Of a stretch of DNA of 64,000 bases, positions 9,759 through 18,912 are shown one piece after another. The first letter of the stretch is position 1. Each line of letters begins with the position of its first letter. Below the pieces are notes generated by a model, which did not search any database, was not told the DNA's origin, and worked only from the letters and a program-made list of their open reading frames with translations. Source of the DNA: Oligoflexia bacterium (GTDB lineage: Bacteria; Bdellovibrionota; Bdellovibrionia; JABDDW01); the NCBI GenBank assembly GCA_016715815.1, contig JADJXN010000004.1, positions 11,123-75,122 on the forward strand, given 5' to 3'. Both the position numbers and the translations under genes were made by a program.

Positions 9759-10317
9759 ATTTTAGTGCTACAAACAAGCTATACATATCAGCCTGCTCTT
9801 TTGATCTAACTGAAATAGAATAAAAATACCGCCCATCTAAAAGTAGACTTAAATTATTATGGTTAAAAAGCTCAAGCTGCACAGAGCCCTCAAGGCCATA
9901 TTCAGGAATGTCTTGAGCTAAAGTATATTCAGTTATACTGGGATCTGAATATACTGTTTGATGGGCTCCATTTGAAAATAGAGAATTAAAAAATAAACCC
10001 AAGGATACCCGTTTTGTTAGCCAAACACGGTAGCCAACCGGGATTGCAAGCTTTCTTACTTGTTGCACAATAGAGGTTGAGCCAAATGTCCTTTTATAGC
10101 TTTTTAAAAAATAAAAAAAGCCCGCCTCAATACCGCCCACCACAGAAAAATCCATTTCTGCAATAACACCTAGGCCAAATAGGGCGTTTGTATCTGAATT
10201 TATGGTTTGGTGAACAAAGGTTCCGGGGCTTACAGTTAACAGGCCCCTGTCGGGGCTATGGCCCATACAAACATTTGCAAAAATAAATATGAATAAAAAA
10301 ATCCTAAAGCTGTTCAT
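9736..10317 (-). CDS. Exported beta-strand-rich protein, possible small outer-membrane beta-barrel
   Basis: Start moved to MNSFRIFLFIFIFANVCMG (signal-like), because the longer ORF would run through the divergent gene start at 10352. Alternating hydrophobic pattern throughout. Confidence 0.5.
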   Translation of the reverse strand: MNSFRIFLFIFIFANVCMGHSPDRGLLTVSPGTFVHQTINSDTNALFGLGVIAEMDFSVVGGIEAGFFYFLKSYKRTFGSTSIVQQVRKLAIPVGYRVWLTKRVSLGLFFNSLFSNGAHQTVYSDPSITEYTLAQDIPEYGLEGSVQLELFNHNNLSLLLDGRYFYSISVRSKEQADMYSLFVALKFIFPKMR

Positions 10318-10351
10318 AAGACATAAGTTAAGATACAAATAGGTAAACATT

Positions 10352-11308
10352 ATGCCAAGACTATTCTTTATTTTTTTAGCATGCTTTTTGTTTATTTTGC
10401 AAAGTCCCGTAGCTTTGCTAGCCAACACAAAAGCAAAAAAGACTATTGCAAAGCCAAAGAAAAAAATTAAACAGCGTCTTATTGAGGCCAATATCGGCAT
10501 TTCAAAAGGCATAGAAAATGTTGCCCAAGGTATTGATGAGGGGTTAAGTGGCAAAAAAACCGGAAAAACAAATCTTACGCAGTTTATTATTCAAAACCAG
10601 TTTGTTTGGAGGGAAGGGGGGAATTTCTTATATCGCCCTCATTTGGGGTTTAGGCTTCATTTCCCCAACCTTGAAGACAGGCTTAGATTACAATTCTCAA
10701 CGGCCGATGATGTCCGTGAGAATACTGGTATTAACAGATCTCGTGTTAAAACAGAGCCAGTTAAAAGCAGCTATGGTGCAGGTGTTGGGCTTGTACAAAA
10801 GCTTGGGGACATAAATACTGAGTTTGAGCCGCGAGTAGATTACCAAGACCGAGTTTTGTTATCTTACATATTAAAATTTAAAAGTCGTGCTGATACTACG
10901 GGAAAAATGTTTTCTATTCGCCCAGAGCTTCAATTATTTGCAAGAACAGACAGTGGTTTGGGAGAGTTTTTTTCTATTAACTCAGATCTTGTTATTTATA
11001 AAAGCCTTGTTCTAACATTTGTAAATGAAGAACAGTATGTAGACATGGAAAACATGTTTTCCACAAACCATGGATTAGTGCTCAGCTATTCATACAGTGA
11101 CCAAGTTTCACAAAATATTTCTTATATCATTGAATCAATTAGTCGTCCAACGTTTCACCTAAGTAGGTACACGGTGGCAACAGCTGTCACACATAAAATT
11201 ATAAAAAATATTTTACATTACACCATAATGCCATTTTTAGAGTTCCCTCGAAGGCTTGACTACAAAGGCTCTCCCGGAATTAGTATTGAGGCTTCAATTA
11301 TATTTTAA
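10352..11308 (+). CDS. Exported protein, probable outer-membrane beta-barrel (ends ...SIEASIIF)
   Basis: Signal peptide MPRLFFIFLACFLFILQSPVALLA, beta-strand periodicity and a C-terminal aromatic Phe typical of OMPs. Confidence 0.6.
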   Translation: MPRLFFIFLACFLFILQSPVALLANTKAKKTIAKPKKKIKQRLIEANIGISKGIENVAQGIDEGLSGKKTGKTNLTQFIIQNQFVWREGGNFLYRPHLGFRLHFPNLEDRLRLQFSTADDVRENTGINRSRVKTEPVKSSYGAGVGLVQKLGDINTEFEPRVDYQDRVLLSYILKFKSRADTTGKMFSIRPELQLFARTDSGLGEFFSINSDLVIYKSLVLTFVNEEQYVDMENMFSTNHGLVLSYSYSDQVSQNISYIIESISRPTFHLSRYTVATAVTHKIIKNILHYTIMPFLEFPRRLDYKGSPGISIEASIIF

Positions 11309-11518
11309 TTATGCCACACGTTTGCGTGTTCTAATATTGTTATGGTTGTACTTATTTTCTGGGTTTATGTGGTGGTCAAATTTAATGAATTTTTCAAATG
11401 GCTGAAGTCTTTGTGGCTGGTTATCATTTTTAATTAATTTAAATTTTATTTCTTTGCTTATTTTTGTTTTTGAGACTGTGGGTTTTTTTGTTTTTGCTGT
11501 TTTTGTTGTTTTTTTCAT
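11309..11518 (-). CDS. Small Lys-rich basic protein (69 aa), function unknown
   Basis: The ORF fills an otherwise empty gap and abuts the stop of the convergent gene. No family recognised. Confidence 0.4.
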   Translation of the reverse strand: MKKTTKTAKTKKPTVSKTKISKEIKFKLIKNDNQPQRLQPFEKFIKFDHHINPENKYNHNNIRTRKRVA

Positions 11519-11629
11519 TTTTAGTCTACTCCTGTTAAAGTGAATACTAAAACTCTATCGGTCAAACTAGACTAAAAACTTAAGTGATTAAATTTTTGAC
11601 AAATATTTTAACTTAACTCTAAGTAGCAA

Positions 11630-12067
11630 TTAAAACTTGGCTTCGCCCTCTGCAAGGGGCTCTCCATTTAATATAACCTTATAAGAGATAGGGGCTGCTT
11701 TAGAGATCATCGCACTTACGCCACAAAACTTAGTTTGAGAAAGTTGCACAGACTCAATTACTTTTTGTTTATCTAAATTGCCTTTTAAATCAAAGGTAAG
11801 ATTTATTTTTTTAAACACCACTGGATGTCCTCCTTCAGAGGATTCAATATCTGCACTTACCTCAAGGGCTTCTAAGGGTTGTTTGTGTTTTTTCATAAGG
11901 GCAACAACATCCATAGCAGTACAGCCACAAAGACCGATGCCAACCATCTCTTTGGGGGTCATGCCGGCGTCATCGCCAAGGGGTCTTTTGCTATCAAGTA
12001 AAACGGAGTGCTCGCCACTAACCCCGGTTAGTTTCATTTTGCTTTCCCACTTTGTTTTTGCTTGCAT
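11630..12067 (-). CDS. OsmC/Ohr-family peroxiredoxin-like protein
   Basis: Two conserved Cys contexts (GLCGCTAMD and KFCGVSAM). Start set at MQAKTKW, because AAGGAG lies 6 nt upstream, immediately after the thioredoxin stop. Confidence 0.8.
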   Translation of the reverse strand: MQAKTKWESKMKLTGVSGEHSVLLDSKRPLGDDAGMTPKEMVGIGLCGCTAMDVVALMKKHKQPLEALEVSADIESSEGGHPVVFKKINLTFDLKGNLDKQKVIESVQLSQTKFCGVSAMISKAAPISYKVILNGEPLAEGEAKF

Positions 12068-12077
12068 AAAATGCTCC

Positions 12078-12428
12078 TTAAATACCAAGTATTTGATTAA
12101 TTGCTTTTTTCAAAGAATCTTTGGGTACTAGGCCTGCGGCCATTTGGGGCTGCCCCTTTTTAGGTACAAAAAGTAGGCTTGGTATGCCTCTAACACCAAA
12201 CATGGCGGCAAGCTGTGGTGTCGCTTCCGTATCAACTTTATAGATATTAATTTTCCCAGCATACTCTTTAGAGAGTTCTTCTAAAATGGGTGATAATGCT
12301 TTGCATGGACCACACCAATCTGCATAAAAATCTATAATAGCTGGTAGGCTTCCTTCAAATTTCCAGTCTTTATTTTGTTCAAAATTAAAAACCTTTGATT
12401 TAAAAGTGGCCTCGTTTAGTATTTCCAT
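12078..12428 (-). CDS. trxA: Thioredoxin
   Basis: WCGPCK active site, about 116 aa, and GIRGIPSLLF-type cis-Pro loop (VRGIPSLLF). Confidence 0.9.
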   Translation of the reverse strand: MEILNEATFKSKVFNFEQNKDWKFEGSLPAIIDFYADWCGPCKALSPILEELSKEYAGKINIYKVDTEATPQLAAMFGVRGIPSLLFVPKKGQPQMAAGLVPKDSLKKAINQILGI

Positions 12429-12469
12429 AAAATACCGCCTTTCCTATACTGTATTAATATATTATTATA

Positions 12470-12498
12470 TTGTAATATGTCAAGTCTGGTACTATATA
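12470..12498 (+). promoter_or_regulatory. Sigma70-like promoter for the ArsR-family gene; implies a leaderless or near-leaderless mRNA
   Basis: TTGTAA (12470-12475), a 17-nt spacer, then TATATA (12493-12498). The ATG at 12505 lies only 6 nt past the -10 and has no SD. Confidence 0.4.
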
Positions 12499-12504
12499 AA
12501 ATTT

Positions 12505-12813
12505 ATGAGTGTTAATAAAAACATATCTATAGCCAAAATACAGTGCAAATGCACCCAACTGAGCAGTCTTTTAAGTGCCTTGTCACACCCCCAAAGAATT
12601 ATGATTTTGGGGCACCTGGCAAAAGGTGAAAAGACTGTTACCGAGCTTCAGAGGCTTTGTAAGGTTTCGCAATCACAGCTTTCACAATTTTTAATTAGAA
12701 TGAAACTTCAAGGTCTTGTGACATGCAGCCGAAAAGGGCGTTTTCAATACTATGCGGCTAAAGACAAGAAAATAATAAAACTAATTGAGGCAATCCAAGC
12801 AATATTTTGCTAA
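12505..12813 (+). CDS. ArsR/SmtB-family winged-helix transcriptional regulator
   Basis: LSALSHPQRIMILGHLAKGEKTVTELQRLCKVSQSQLSQFLIRMKLQGLV is the classic ArsR HTH. Divergent from trx-osmC. Confidence 0.8.
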   Translation: MSVNKNISIAKIQCKCTQLSSLLSALSHPQRIMILGHLAKGEKTVTELQRLCKVSQSQLSQFLIRMKLQGLVTCSRKGRFQYYAAKDKKIIKLIEAIQAIFC

Positions 12814-12843
12814 AAACTAAAACATATAAATGGGAGTTATAAA

Positions 12844-14083
12844 ATGAAAAAAGTGGCAGTGCTGGGCGGAATTAGAACACCCTTTGTTCGCTCTTTTACA
12901 CATTACAGGGCAACAACAAATCAAGAAATTTTAACAGCTGTACTTTCAAACTTGGTTGAGAAAAAAAATTTAAAATCAAAACTTCTTGGAGATGTAGCGG
13001 CCGGTGCAGTTATTAAACATGCTGCAGATTGGAATTTAACTAGAGAATGTGTTTTGGGATCGGGTCTTCATCCGGCAACACCTGGTTATAACGTGCAGCG
13101 CGCATGCGGAACAAGTCTAGAGACTACTTTGCAGATAGCTTTAAAAATAGCATCCTCACAAATTGACTCAGGTATTGCGGCAGGGGTGGATACCAACAGT
13201 GATGCGCCCGCAGTATTAAGACGCCAAATGGGTTGGAAACTCATAGATTTAGCTATGGCAAAAACTACTTTAGATAAAATGAAAATTATTTCCCAAATTA
13301 GGCCAAAAGATTTTTTTCCAGAAATTTTAGGAGTTAAAGAGCCTAGAACGGGGCTCACAATGGGAGAGCATTGTGAGTTAATGGTTCAAGAATTTAAAAT
13401 TCCAAGAGAGGAGCAAGATCAGCTTGCCTATGAAAGCCATCAAAAAGCAGCCGGAGCTTATGCTGAGGGTTTTTATAATGATTTGATATTTGATTTTAAA
13501 GGAATTAAAAAAGATGCCTTTGTAAGAGCGGATACAAGTCTTGAAAAATTAGGCAAATTAAAGCCAGTTTTTGAAAAGTCAGAAAAAGGAACTCTTACGG
13601 CGGGCAATAGTACACCTTTAACTGACGGTGGGGCCGCAGTTTTACTTTCTAGTGAAGAGTGGGCTGAAAAAAATAATCAGAAGATATTAGCTTACTTTAA
13701 AGATGCTCAGGCCACGGCAGTAGATTTTGTAGGCGCAAAAGAAGGGCTTTTAATGGCGCCAACAGTAGCGGTGAAAAAACTTTTAGAGAGAAATAATTTA
13801 AAGCTCACAGATTTTGATTTTTATGAAGTTCATGAAGCATTTGCGGGGCAAGTACTTTGCACATTTAAAGCGTGGGAAGACTGGGGTATGGGAAAAATTG
13901 ACAGAGCCAAGCTTAATGTAAAAGGTGGAAGTCTTGCCTTGGGTCATCCTTTTGGGGGCAACAGGGGCCAGAGCAGTAACAACAATGGCTAAACTTTTAT
14001 CTCAAAAACAAGGGGCCAAGGGACTTATTAGTATTTGTACTGCGGGAGGAATGGGAGTGGCGGCTATCATGGAGAGCCCATAA
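12844..14083 (+). pseudogene. Acetyl-CoA C-acyl/acetyltransferase (thiolase) interrupted by a 1-nt frameshift in a G5 run (13954-13958)
   Basis: Frame 1 ends ...LGHPFGGNRGQSSNNNG*. Skipping one G restores GHPFGATGARAVTTMAKLL...ICTAGGMGVAAIMESP* (stop 14081-14083), the canonical thiolase C-terminus. The active-site Cys context NVQRACGTSLE is present. Confidence 0.8.
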
Positions 14084-14089
14084 ACTAAG

Positions 14090-14248
14090 CTAGTCTTCTT
14101 GTCGGTTTTTATGTTTTCCAAGACCTGTGCGCATATCCCACTTGCCTTTGCGAGAATACTTAGACTTATCTTTGTGTTCCTGGGTTGGTTTATGACGCGT
14201 GCGAAACTTTAAAACATTTTTACTTTTTTGCGATTTTTGTTTTTTCAT
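14090..14248 (-). CDS. Unlisted small basic ORF (52 aa), MKKQKSQKSKNVLKFRTRHKPTQEHKDKSKYSRKGKWDMRTGLGKHKNRQED; ArfA-like motif?
   Basis: Hand-translated from the 194-nt gap. It falls below the ORF-track length cutoff and has no clear SD. FRTR...KDKSKYSRKGKW resembles LFRQR...KGKGSYMRKGKH of E. coli ArfA (recalled from memory). Confidence 0.3.
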   Translation of the reverse strand: MKKQKSQKSKNVLKFRTRHKPTQEHKDKSKYSRKGKWDMRTGLGKHKNRQED

Positions 14249-14277
14249 CTTAATTGAAACTATAAACTATCATCCGT

Positions 14278-15372
14278 ATGAGTAATATAAGATTTTTAAT
14301 ATTTGCAACCATCATGACTTTAATGATGGCTTTTGTATGGCAGCATGTTTGGTTTAGACTTGCCATAAATTGGGGTCTGCCTGAGAAGATAGAAAAGGTT
14401 TTTGCGTTTTTATTTATTGCTTCTTTTTTGCTCCAAATTTGGCGTTTTATTATTTTTCGCTCATCAGAGCAGTCTTTTTACGTTATTTTTGCAGCCTATT
14501 TTTTAATGGGTTTATTTACCCATTTATTTTTTGCAGCTTTAACTAAAGACTTATTGCTTTTTATTCCGTTATTAAAGTCTAAGGCAATATTGGTTTCACA
14601 AACAGTAACAGTGATAGCTGTTTTATTTAACCTATGGGGAGTAAAAACAGCTATTGATGGCCCCATTGTTAGATTTGTAAAAGTAGCAACTAAAAGGTCA
14701 GAGATCTCGGGTTTTAAAATTGCACAAATCAGTGATTTGCATGTGGGTCCACTGATTAAAAAAAATTATGTAGAAAATGTGGTCAGTAAAATAAACAAGC
14801 TTAATGCTGATATTGTGGTTATGACGGGGGATATGGGTGATGGTGATGCTACCGATTTTAGTGAAGATTTAGAACCATTTAAAAACTTAAAATCTAAATA
14901 TGGACTTTTTTATGTTCCAGGTAACCACGAATATTATTGGAAGGCTGATGAATGGGTTAGTTTAATTGAAGCAAAAGGAGTTAAAGCACTATTAAACGAT
15001 GGAGTTAAAATTTCAAATTTTCCTATTTGGCTAGGAGGGGTCACAGATTTTATGGATCCTAACACAAGCCCGCAACAAGCCATTGAGAAAAACCAGTCTA
15101 GTAACAACTATAAAATACTTTTGGCTCACCAACCAAAAAGTGTATTTAAGGCAGATAAAGCTGGTTTTGACCTAATGCTAAGTGGGCACACTCATTGGGG
15201 ACAATTTTTCCCATTTAACTTGATAGTTGGGTTTTTCAACCCCTATAGTAAAAGTTTAAATGTGCATAACTCAAGAATGCATGTTTATGTTAATGCAGGT
15301 ACGGGCTTTTGGGGGCCACCAGTTCGCTTGGGTGTGCCTTCTGAAATTACTCTTTTGGAGTTAACCCAATGA
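14278..15372 (+). CDS. Membrane-anchored metallophosphoesterase (calcineurin-like)
   Basis: N-terminal TM helices, then the motifs SDLHVG, GDMGDG, GNHEYY, LAHQP and GHTHWG. Confidence 0.85.
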   Translation: MSNIRFLIFATIMTLMMAFVWQHVWFRLAINWGLPEKIEKVFAFLFIASFLLQIWRFIIFRSSEQSFYVIFAAYFLMGLFTHLFFAALTKDLLLFIPLLKSKAILVSQTVTVIAVLFNLWGVKTAIDGPIVRFVKVATKRSEISGFKIAQISDLHVGPLIKKNYVENVVSKINKLNADIVVMTGDMGDGDATDFSEDLEPFKNLKSKYGLFYVPGNHEYYWKADEWVSLIEAKGVKALLNDGVKISNFPIWLGGVTDFMDPNTSPQQAIEKNQSSNNYKILLAHQPKSVFKADKAGFDLMLSGHTHWGQFFPFNLIVGFFNPYSKSLNVHNSRMHVYVNAGTGFWGPPVRLGVPSEITLLELTQ

Positions 15373-16028
15373 AAAAACTTGTTAAAGGTATAGTTGAATT
15401 TAGAAAAAAGCGATTACCTGATTACATAGAAAAATTTGCTCATTTAGCTTTGGGGCAAGCACCAGACACCCTTTTTATTGCCTGTTCAGATAGCCGTGTT
15501 GTTCCAAATTTGTTTGCCTCAACTGACCCTGGAGATTTATTTGTTATCAGAAATGTAGGCAATATGATTCCGCCTTGTGGTAAAAAAGGGCTATCAACGG
15601 CAGACGAATCCGAAGCCGCAGCGATAGAATTTGCTCTTTTAAATTTAAACATAAAAGATATTATTATTTGTGGGCATTCAGAATGTGGAGCCATGCAAGC
15701 ACTGCTCGCTGGGCGGGAGATTTCAAAAGCGCCCAACCTTAGTTCTTGGCTTCGGCACGGACAAGCTGGCATTGAAAAAATTAAAGAAAAAACACACCCT
15801 CAAGCACACAACCATTTGTCTAAAGAAAATGTATTAAACCAAATTGAAAATATAAAAACATACCCTGTGGTGCAGAAAAAAATAAGTGAGGGTAAATTAA
15901 AAATTCATGGTTGGTGGTTTGAGTTAAGCACGGCAAACGTCTATGCTTATGAAGAACAAGCGAAAGACTTTGTTTTAATAGATGAAGCCCAAGCAGAAAA
16001 AATATTAGAAAGAATATCAGGAAAATAA
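15369..16028 (+). CDS. can: Beta-class carbonic anhydrase
   Basis: CSDSRV and GHSECGAM zinc-ligand motifs. Its start overlaps the upstream stop by 4 nt. Confidence 0.88.
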   Translation: MKKLVKGIVEFRKKRLPDYIEKFAHLALGQAPDTLFIACSDSRVVPNLFASTDPGDLFVIRNVGNMIPPCGKKGLSTADESEAAAIEFALLNLNIKDIIICGHSECGAMQALLAGREISKAPNLSSWLRHGQAGIEKIKEKTHPQAHNHLSKENVLNQIENIKTYPVVQKKISEGKLKIHGWWFELSTANVYAYEEQAKDFVLIDEAQAEKILERISGK

Positions 16029-16031
16029 AAA

Positions 16032-17759
16032 ATGCAGCACAACTTAATGGCAGATATTGGAATTGCAATTGTAGGAGCCGCCGTAGTTGCATTTCCTGCA
16101 CACCTATTAAAAATACCACTCTTATTAGCTTATTTGGGCGCAGGGGTTATTTTGGGGCCGCACTTGGGTTTAGGGTTAATTAAAAGTTCAGAAAGTATTT
16201 CAACACTCTCTGAAATTGGCCTTGTTTTATTAATGTTTATTTTAGGTCTGGAAATTGATTTGAAAAAACTTCTTCAATCTGGCAAGGCCGTTATCATTAA
16301 CGGCGTTGTACAATTTGTTGTTTGTGTCATTTTTGGTTTGTTTTTTTCTTGGTACTTTGGTGTAGACCAAAATATTGGCCGTTACGGAAGAATGTATTTG
16401 GCGGTAGCATGTAGTCTTTCATCAACACTTATTGTTGTTAAAATTTTGTCAGATCGAATGACGTTAGGTACTTTGCCCTCGCGTATTACCCTTGGCATTT
16501 TAGTTTTACAAGATATTTGGGCTATAGCCTTTTTAGCGGTCCAACCAAGCCTGAGTGAGTTAAGTGCTATGGCATTATTATATTCAATAGCAAAAGTAGG
16601 AATTTTGGTTTCAATTAGTTGGGTTTTTGCAAAATTTATTTTACCAAAAATTTTCCACAAAGCAGGTAAGCAACCAGAGCTGATGCTAGTTGTTGCAATG
16701 TCTTGGTGTTTTATGTTTTGTGGACTTGCTAATTATTTCAAATTATCTCTTGAGATGGGAGCCCTTGTTGCAGGAATTTCTATCGCGTCTTTCCCATACC
16801 ACATTGATGTGGCTGCAAAGCTATCAAGCCTAAGAGATTTTTTTATTACACTGTTTTTTGTGGCGCTGGGCCTTCAAATTCCAATACCAAACAAAAATGT
16901 AATAGTGGTGTGCAGTTTTATCATTGTTTTTGTTTTAGTAAGTCGACTTTTAACGGTTTTCCCAGTTTTAAGGCTTATGCGCTATGGTAACCGCGCAAGC
17001 CTTTTGCCTGCAATTAATCTCAGCCAAGTGTCAGAGTTCTCTCTTGTGCTAACCGCACTAGGTGTAACATATGGGCATGTTACTGTAGATATTGTTTCAG
17101 CCTTTATTATTGCTATGGGTATAACATCTCTTTTATCTTCATTCATTATTCCTTACGGGCATGAAATATATAAATTTATAAATCCTTTCTTAGAAAAATT
17201 AAAAATTAAAGATCACGTTGGTAAAGATGGAGAAGAGAACAACGCAAAAATTCAAAGTGAAAAAATAGTGCTTCTTGGTTTTTTTAGAGAAGCCAGCTCC
17301 TTACTTGGAGAAATAGTGAGAAGGCATTCAAAAGAAGCTCTAAAAGAATTAATGGTGGTAGATTTTAACCCTGAAGCGCATCACAAACTAAGGGAAATGG
17401 GAATTACTTGTAAATATGGCGATATTGCCAACATAGACACCTTGCGCCACTTACAATTGGATAAAGCACAAATTTTAATTTGTACTATCGGCGATCAGTC
17501 TCTAAAAGGCTCAGATAATTTAAAACTCCTTCATCAACTAAAAAAACTTGCCCCTCAGGCAAAAATTATTGTTACCGCCGAAACCATTCATTCAGCCATT
17601 GAAATGTACAAGCAAGGTGCAGAATATGTTTTTATTCCAAGACTGATTTCTTCAAATTACCTAGCAGATGTTTTAGAAAGGGTTCAAACGGGTAATGCAG
17701 GGAATTTAAAGGCTGAAGCTTTAGACCATCTTAGTAAACTTAACGAAGTGATCCCTTAG
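16032..17759 (+). CDS. Kef-type monovalent cation:proton antiporter (CPA2) with a C-terminal RCK/TrkA-N-like domain
   Basis: 575 aa. N-terminal LLLAYLGAGVILGPHLGLGLI and multiple TM helices. Cytoplasmic C-terminal domain of about 170 aa. Confidence 0.8.
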   Translation: MQHNLMADIGIAIVGAAVVAFPAHLLKIPLLLAYLGAGVILGPHLGLGLIKSSESISTLSEIGLVLLMFILGLEIDLKKLLQSGKAVIINGVVQFVVCVIFGLFFSWYFGVDQNIGRYGRMYLAVACSLSSTLIVVKILSDRMTLGTLPSRITLGILVLQDIWAIAFLAVQPSLSELSAMALLYSIAKVGILVSISWVFAKFILPKIFHKAGKQPELMLVVAMSWCFMFCGLANYFKLSLEMGALVAGISIASFPYHIDVAAKLSSLRDFFITLFFVALGLQIPIPNKNVIVVCSFIIVFVLVSRLLTVFPVLRLMRYGNRASLLPAINLSQVSEFSLVLTALGVTYGHVTVDIVSAFIIAMGITSLLSSFIIPYGHEIYKFINPFLEKLKIKDHVGKDGEENNAKIQSEKIVLLGFFREASSLLGEIVRRHSKEALKELMVVDFNPEAHHKLREMGITCKYGDIANIDTLRHLQLDKAQILICTIGDQSLKGSDNLKLLHQLKKLAPQAKIIVTAETIHSAIEMYKQGAEYVFIPRLISSNYLADVLERVQTGNAGNLKAEALDHLSKLNEVIP

Positions 17760-18889
17760 GTCAAAATTTCTTTGGGATATACATGCATATTATAATAGCT
17801 TGCCATTGTTGCTCCATAAGCGCCAACATTATAAATAACTAAAATATCCCCCTGGTGAGGGGGGCTCAAAAGTCTATTCTTAGCAATAAAATCACTTGAC
17901 TCACAAATGGGGCCAACTATATCTACTTTGATTTTTCTTTTATTTTTCCGCGATAAATTCTCCACCCCATGAAAGGCATTATAAAGTGCAGGTCTAATTA
18001 AGTGGTGCATACCCGTATTAACAACAACAAAATTCTTAAAAGGTGTACGCTTAACATATTCAACTTTTGTTAATAAATAACCCGCCTCACCAACTAAAAG
18101 CCGCCCCGGCTCGCAATGGATCTGACAATTTAGGGGGCGCAAAAGTTTTTGAATGCTTGTTGCATATTGATTAATATTTATAGTTTTCTCATTTTGATAG
18201 GGAATACCAATTCCGCCGCCAATATCAAAATGCTTAAGTTTAAAACCCTTACTTAAAAGATTTTTATAAATAGGAATAGATTTTTTTACGGCCTCTTCAT
18301 ATGGGGCTATTTTAGTAAGCTGAGAGCCAATATGAAAGCCAAGGCTAATGAGATTTAAGCTTTTATTATATTTTTTTAAAATCCGAACAAGTTCTGGTAG
18401 AAAAGATTTATCCATGCCAAACTTATTTTCTTTAAAACCTGTTGTAATATAGGGGTGGGTGTGGGGATTAACATCAGGGTTTAACCTAAAACCCACATCG
18501 GTCATTTTTCTGTGTTTTAAGCTCAATTTGCCAATGCGCTCTAGCTCTTGTGGGCTTTCCACATTAAGTAAAAAAATTCCAGATTTAATTGCAAAGCGGA
18601 TTTCATCTTCCGTTTTTGCCACACCAGAGAAAATTATTTTACTGGGTTTAAAGCCGCTTTTTAGAGCCAAACTCATCTCACCCATGCTTACCACATCTAC
18701 CCCTATTTGTTTTTGAGCTAGCTTTTTTAAAAGCGGCGAATAGTTATTTGCCTTCATGGCGTAATGAATTTGTATGTTCTGATTAAAAGCTGTTTGTAGG
18801 GCAGACAAGTTTTTATAAATATGCTTTAAGTCATAAACATATAAAGGTGTGCCAAATTTTTTAGCAAGCGTTAATAATTTAGATTTCAC
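17756..18889 (-). CDS. lysA: PLP-dependent Orn/DAP/Arg decarboxylase family 2, most likely diaminopimelate decarboxylase
   Basis: GTPLYVYD, HYAMKAN (PLP lysine), HIGSQ, DIGGGIGIPY, EPGRLLVGEAG and GPICESSD. Confidence 0.8.
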   Translation of the reverse strand: MKSKLLTLAKKFGTPLYVYDLKHIYKNLSALQTAFNQNIQIHYAMKANNYSPLLKKLAQKQIGVDVVSMGEMSLALKSGFKPSKIIFSGVAKTEDEIRFAIKSGIFLLNVESPQELERIGKLSLKHRKMTDVGFRLNPDVNPHTHPYITTGFKENKFGMDKSFLPELVRILKKYNKSLNLISLGFHIGSQLTKIAPYEEAVKKSIPIYKNLLSKGFKLKHFDIGGGIGIPYQNEKTININQYATSIQKLLRPLNCQIHCEPGRLLVGEAGYLLTKVEYVKRTPFKNFVVVNTGMHHLIRPALYNAFHGVENLSRKNKRKIKVDIVGPICESSDFIAKNRLLSPPHQGDILVIYNVGAYGATMASYYNMHVYPKEILT

Positions 18890-18912
18890 ATATGAGAATA
18901 TAAACTAAAGAA

